From contig CAXXWS020000002.1 in NCBI GenBank assembly GCA_963665325.3, positions 1 through 64,000 of the forward strand: DNA of 64,000 bases, written 5' to 3'. This DNA comes from Alphaproteobacteria bacterium (lineage in GTDB: Bacteria > Pseudomonadota > Alphaproteobacteria > Bin95). This document shows, in pieces, positions 63,209-64,000 of this stretch. The notes beneath the pieces were generated by a model. The model was not told the origin of the DNA and made no database searches. It saw only the letters and a list, made by a program, of their open reading frames with translations. How positions within the stretch are numbered: position 1 is the first letter of the stretch; every line of letters begins with the position of its first letter. The position numbers and the translations under genes are program-made.

Positions 63209-64000
63209 GCCGCGAAACCCCCGCCGAGTTCGTCCTCGATGAAGATGCGCACGATCTCCTCGAAGTCCGCGTCGGTCTCGAAGCCGAGCGCCTGCCCCCG
63301 CGCCGGGTCGAAATGCGTGGCCCAGCCGTTCACGATCTCCTGGATGAACGGGTCGGGCTCGAAATGCACGCGCGCCGCCACCCGCTCGCCCGCAACGGCG
63401 GCCAGCGCTGCCAGCATTTGCTCGACGGTGACGGTGAGGCCCGGCAGCGCCAGCATCCGCGCCGGCCCCCAGGCCTCGGGCGGCATGGCGGCCGCCTTGA
63501 GCACCGCGTCCACCACCTTGCGCGGCGACAGCACATACATCGCCTGGTCCGGCTCTACCGGACAGACGGCTTCCTGGCCCTGGAGGGGCTCGCGGATGAT
63601 CGAGCTTGCCCAGGTCGAGGCCGCCTTGTTGGGCTTGCCGGGCCTTACCACGACCGTCGGGAAGCGCAGCGCCCGCCCGTCCACATGGCCCTTGCGCGCA
63701 TAGTCCTGCACCAGCAGTTCGCCGATGGCCTTCTGCGTGCCGTAGGAGGTCTGCGGGTTCAGGATCAGTTCGTCCGGGATCGTCTCCGGCATCGCACCGC
63801 CATAGACCGCGACCGAACTTGCGAAAACCATGCGCGCGGGCTTCGGCAGGTCCCGGGCGGCGGCCAGCACATTCATCGTGCCCTGGAGGTTGACCGTCAT
63901 GCCGAGGTCGAAATCCTCCTCCGCCCCGGCGCTCACCACGGCGGCCAGGTGGAACACGGCGCCCGTGTCGGGCGCGATGACGGCGCGCACCTGCTCGGGG
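63205..64000 (-). CDS. NAD-dependent epimerase/dehydrogenase (D-erythronate dehydrogenase DenD-like), 5' end outside the window
   Basis: 'FHLAAVVSA.AE.DFDLG', 'SYGTQKAIGELL', 'RPGKPNKAAS..S.I.REPL.G'. Confidence 0.85.

Overview
High-GC alphaproteobacterial DNA, probably Rhodospirillales-like. The assignment rests on GapR/DUF2312, DUF1244, IalB, a UbiL-type hydroxylase, and yqeY-dnaG-rpoD divergent from carA-carB-greA. Positions 1 to ~9590 are the right end of an integrative element. All its genes are on the minus strand: two tandem intact P4-like tyrosine integrases, a DUF2786-like protein, a VbhA/Fic toxin-antitoxin pair, a 7x C4 zinc-finger repeat protein, ssb, DUF4326 and a DUF2493/SLOG protein. 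Its intergenic DNA forms long hairpins with G-T wobbles and GNA triloops that fold only on the + (template) strand, as expected for ssDNA signals in a conjugative leading region. The rest is chromosomal backbone and metabolism: glycerate kinase-pyk, acs, dcd, rpoD/dnaG, carAB-greA, a molybdoenzyme/NicX-like/acyl-CoA cluster, an SSS transporter, guaD with a purine ABC transporter, glnK-amtB, ubiL, and a BVMO/TPP operon. Within the backbone, a ~4.9 kb Calx-beta autotransporter cassette with no recombinase is bracketed by a 148-bp diverged direct repeat of the 3' end of an acyl-CoA dehydrogenase. A ~600-bp structured, apparently non-coding region with 10-bp-phased TGAC boxes lies between glnK and ubiL. 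No tRNA, rRNA or CRISPR array was seen. All family calls come from motif recognition, not database searches.
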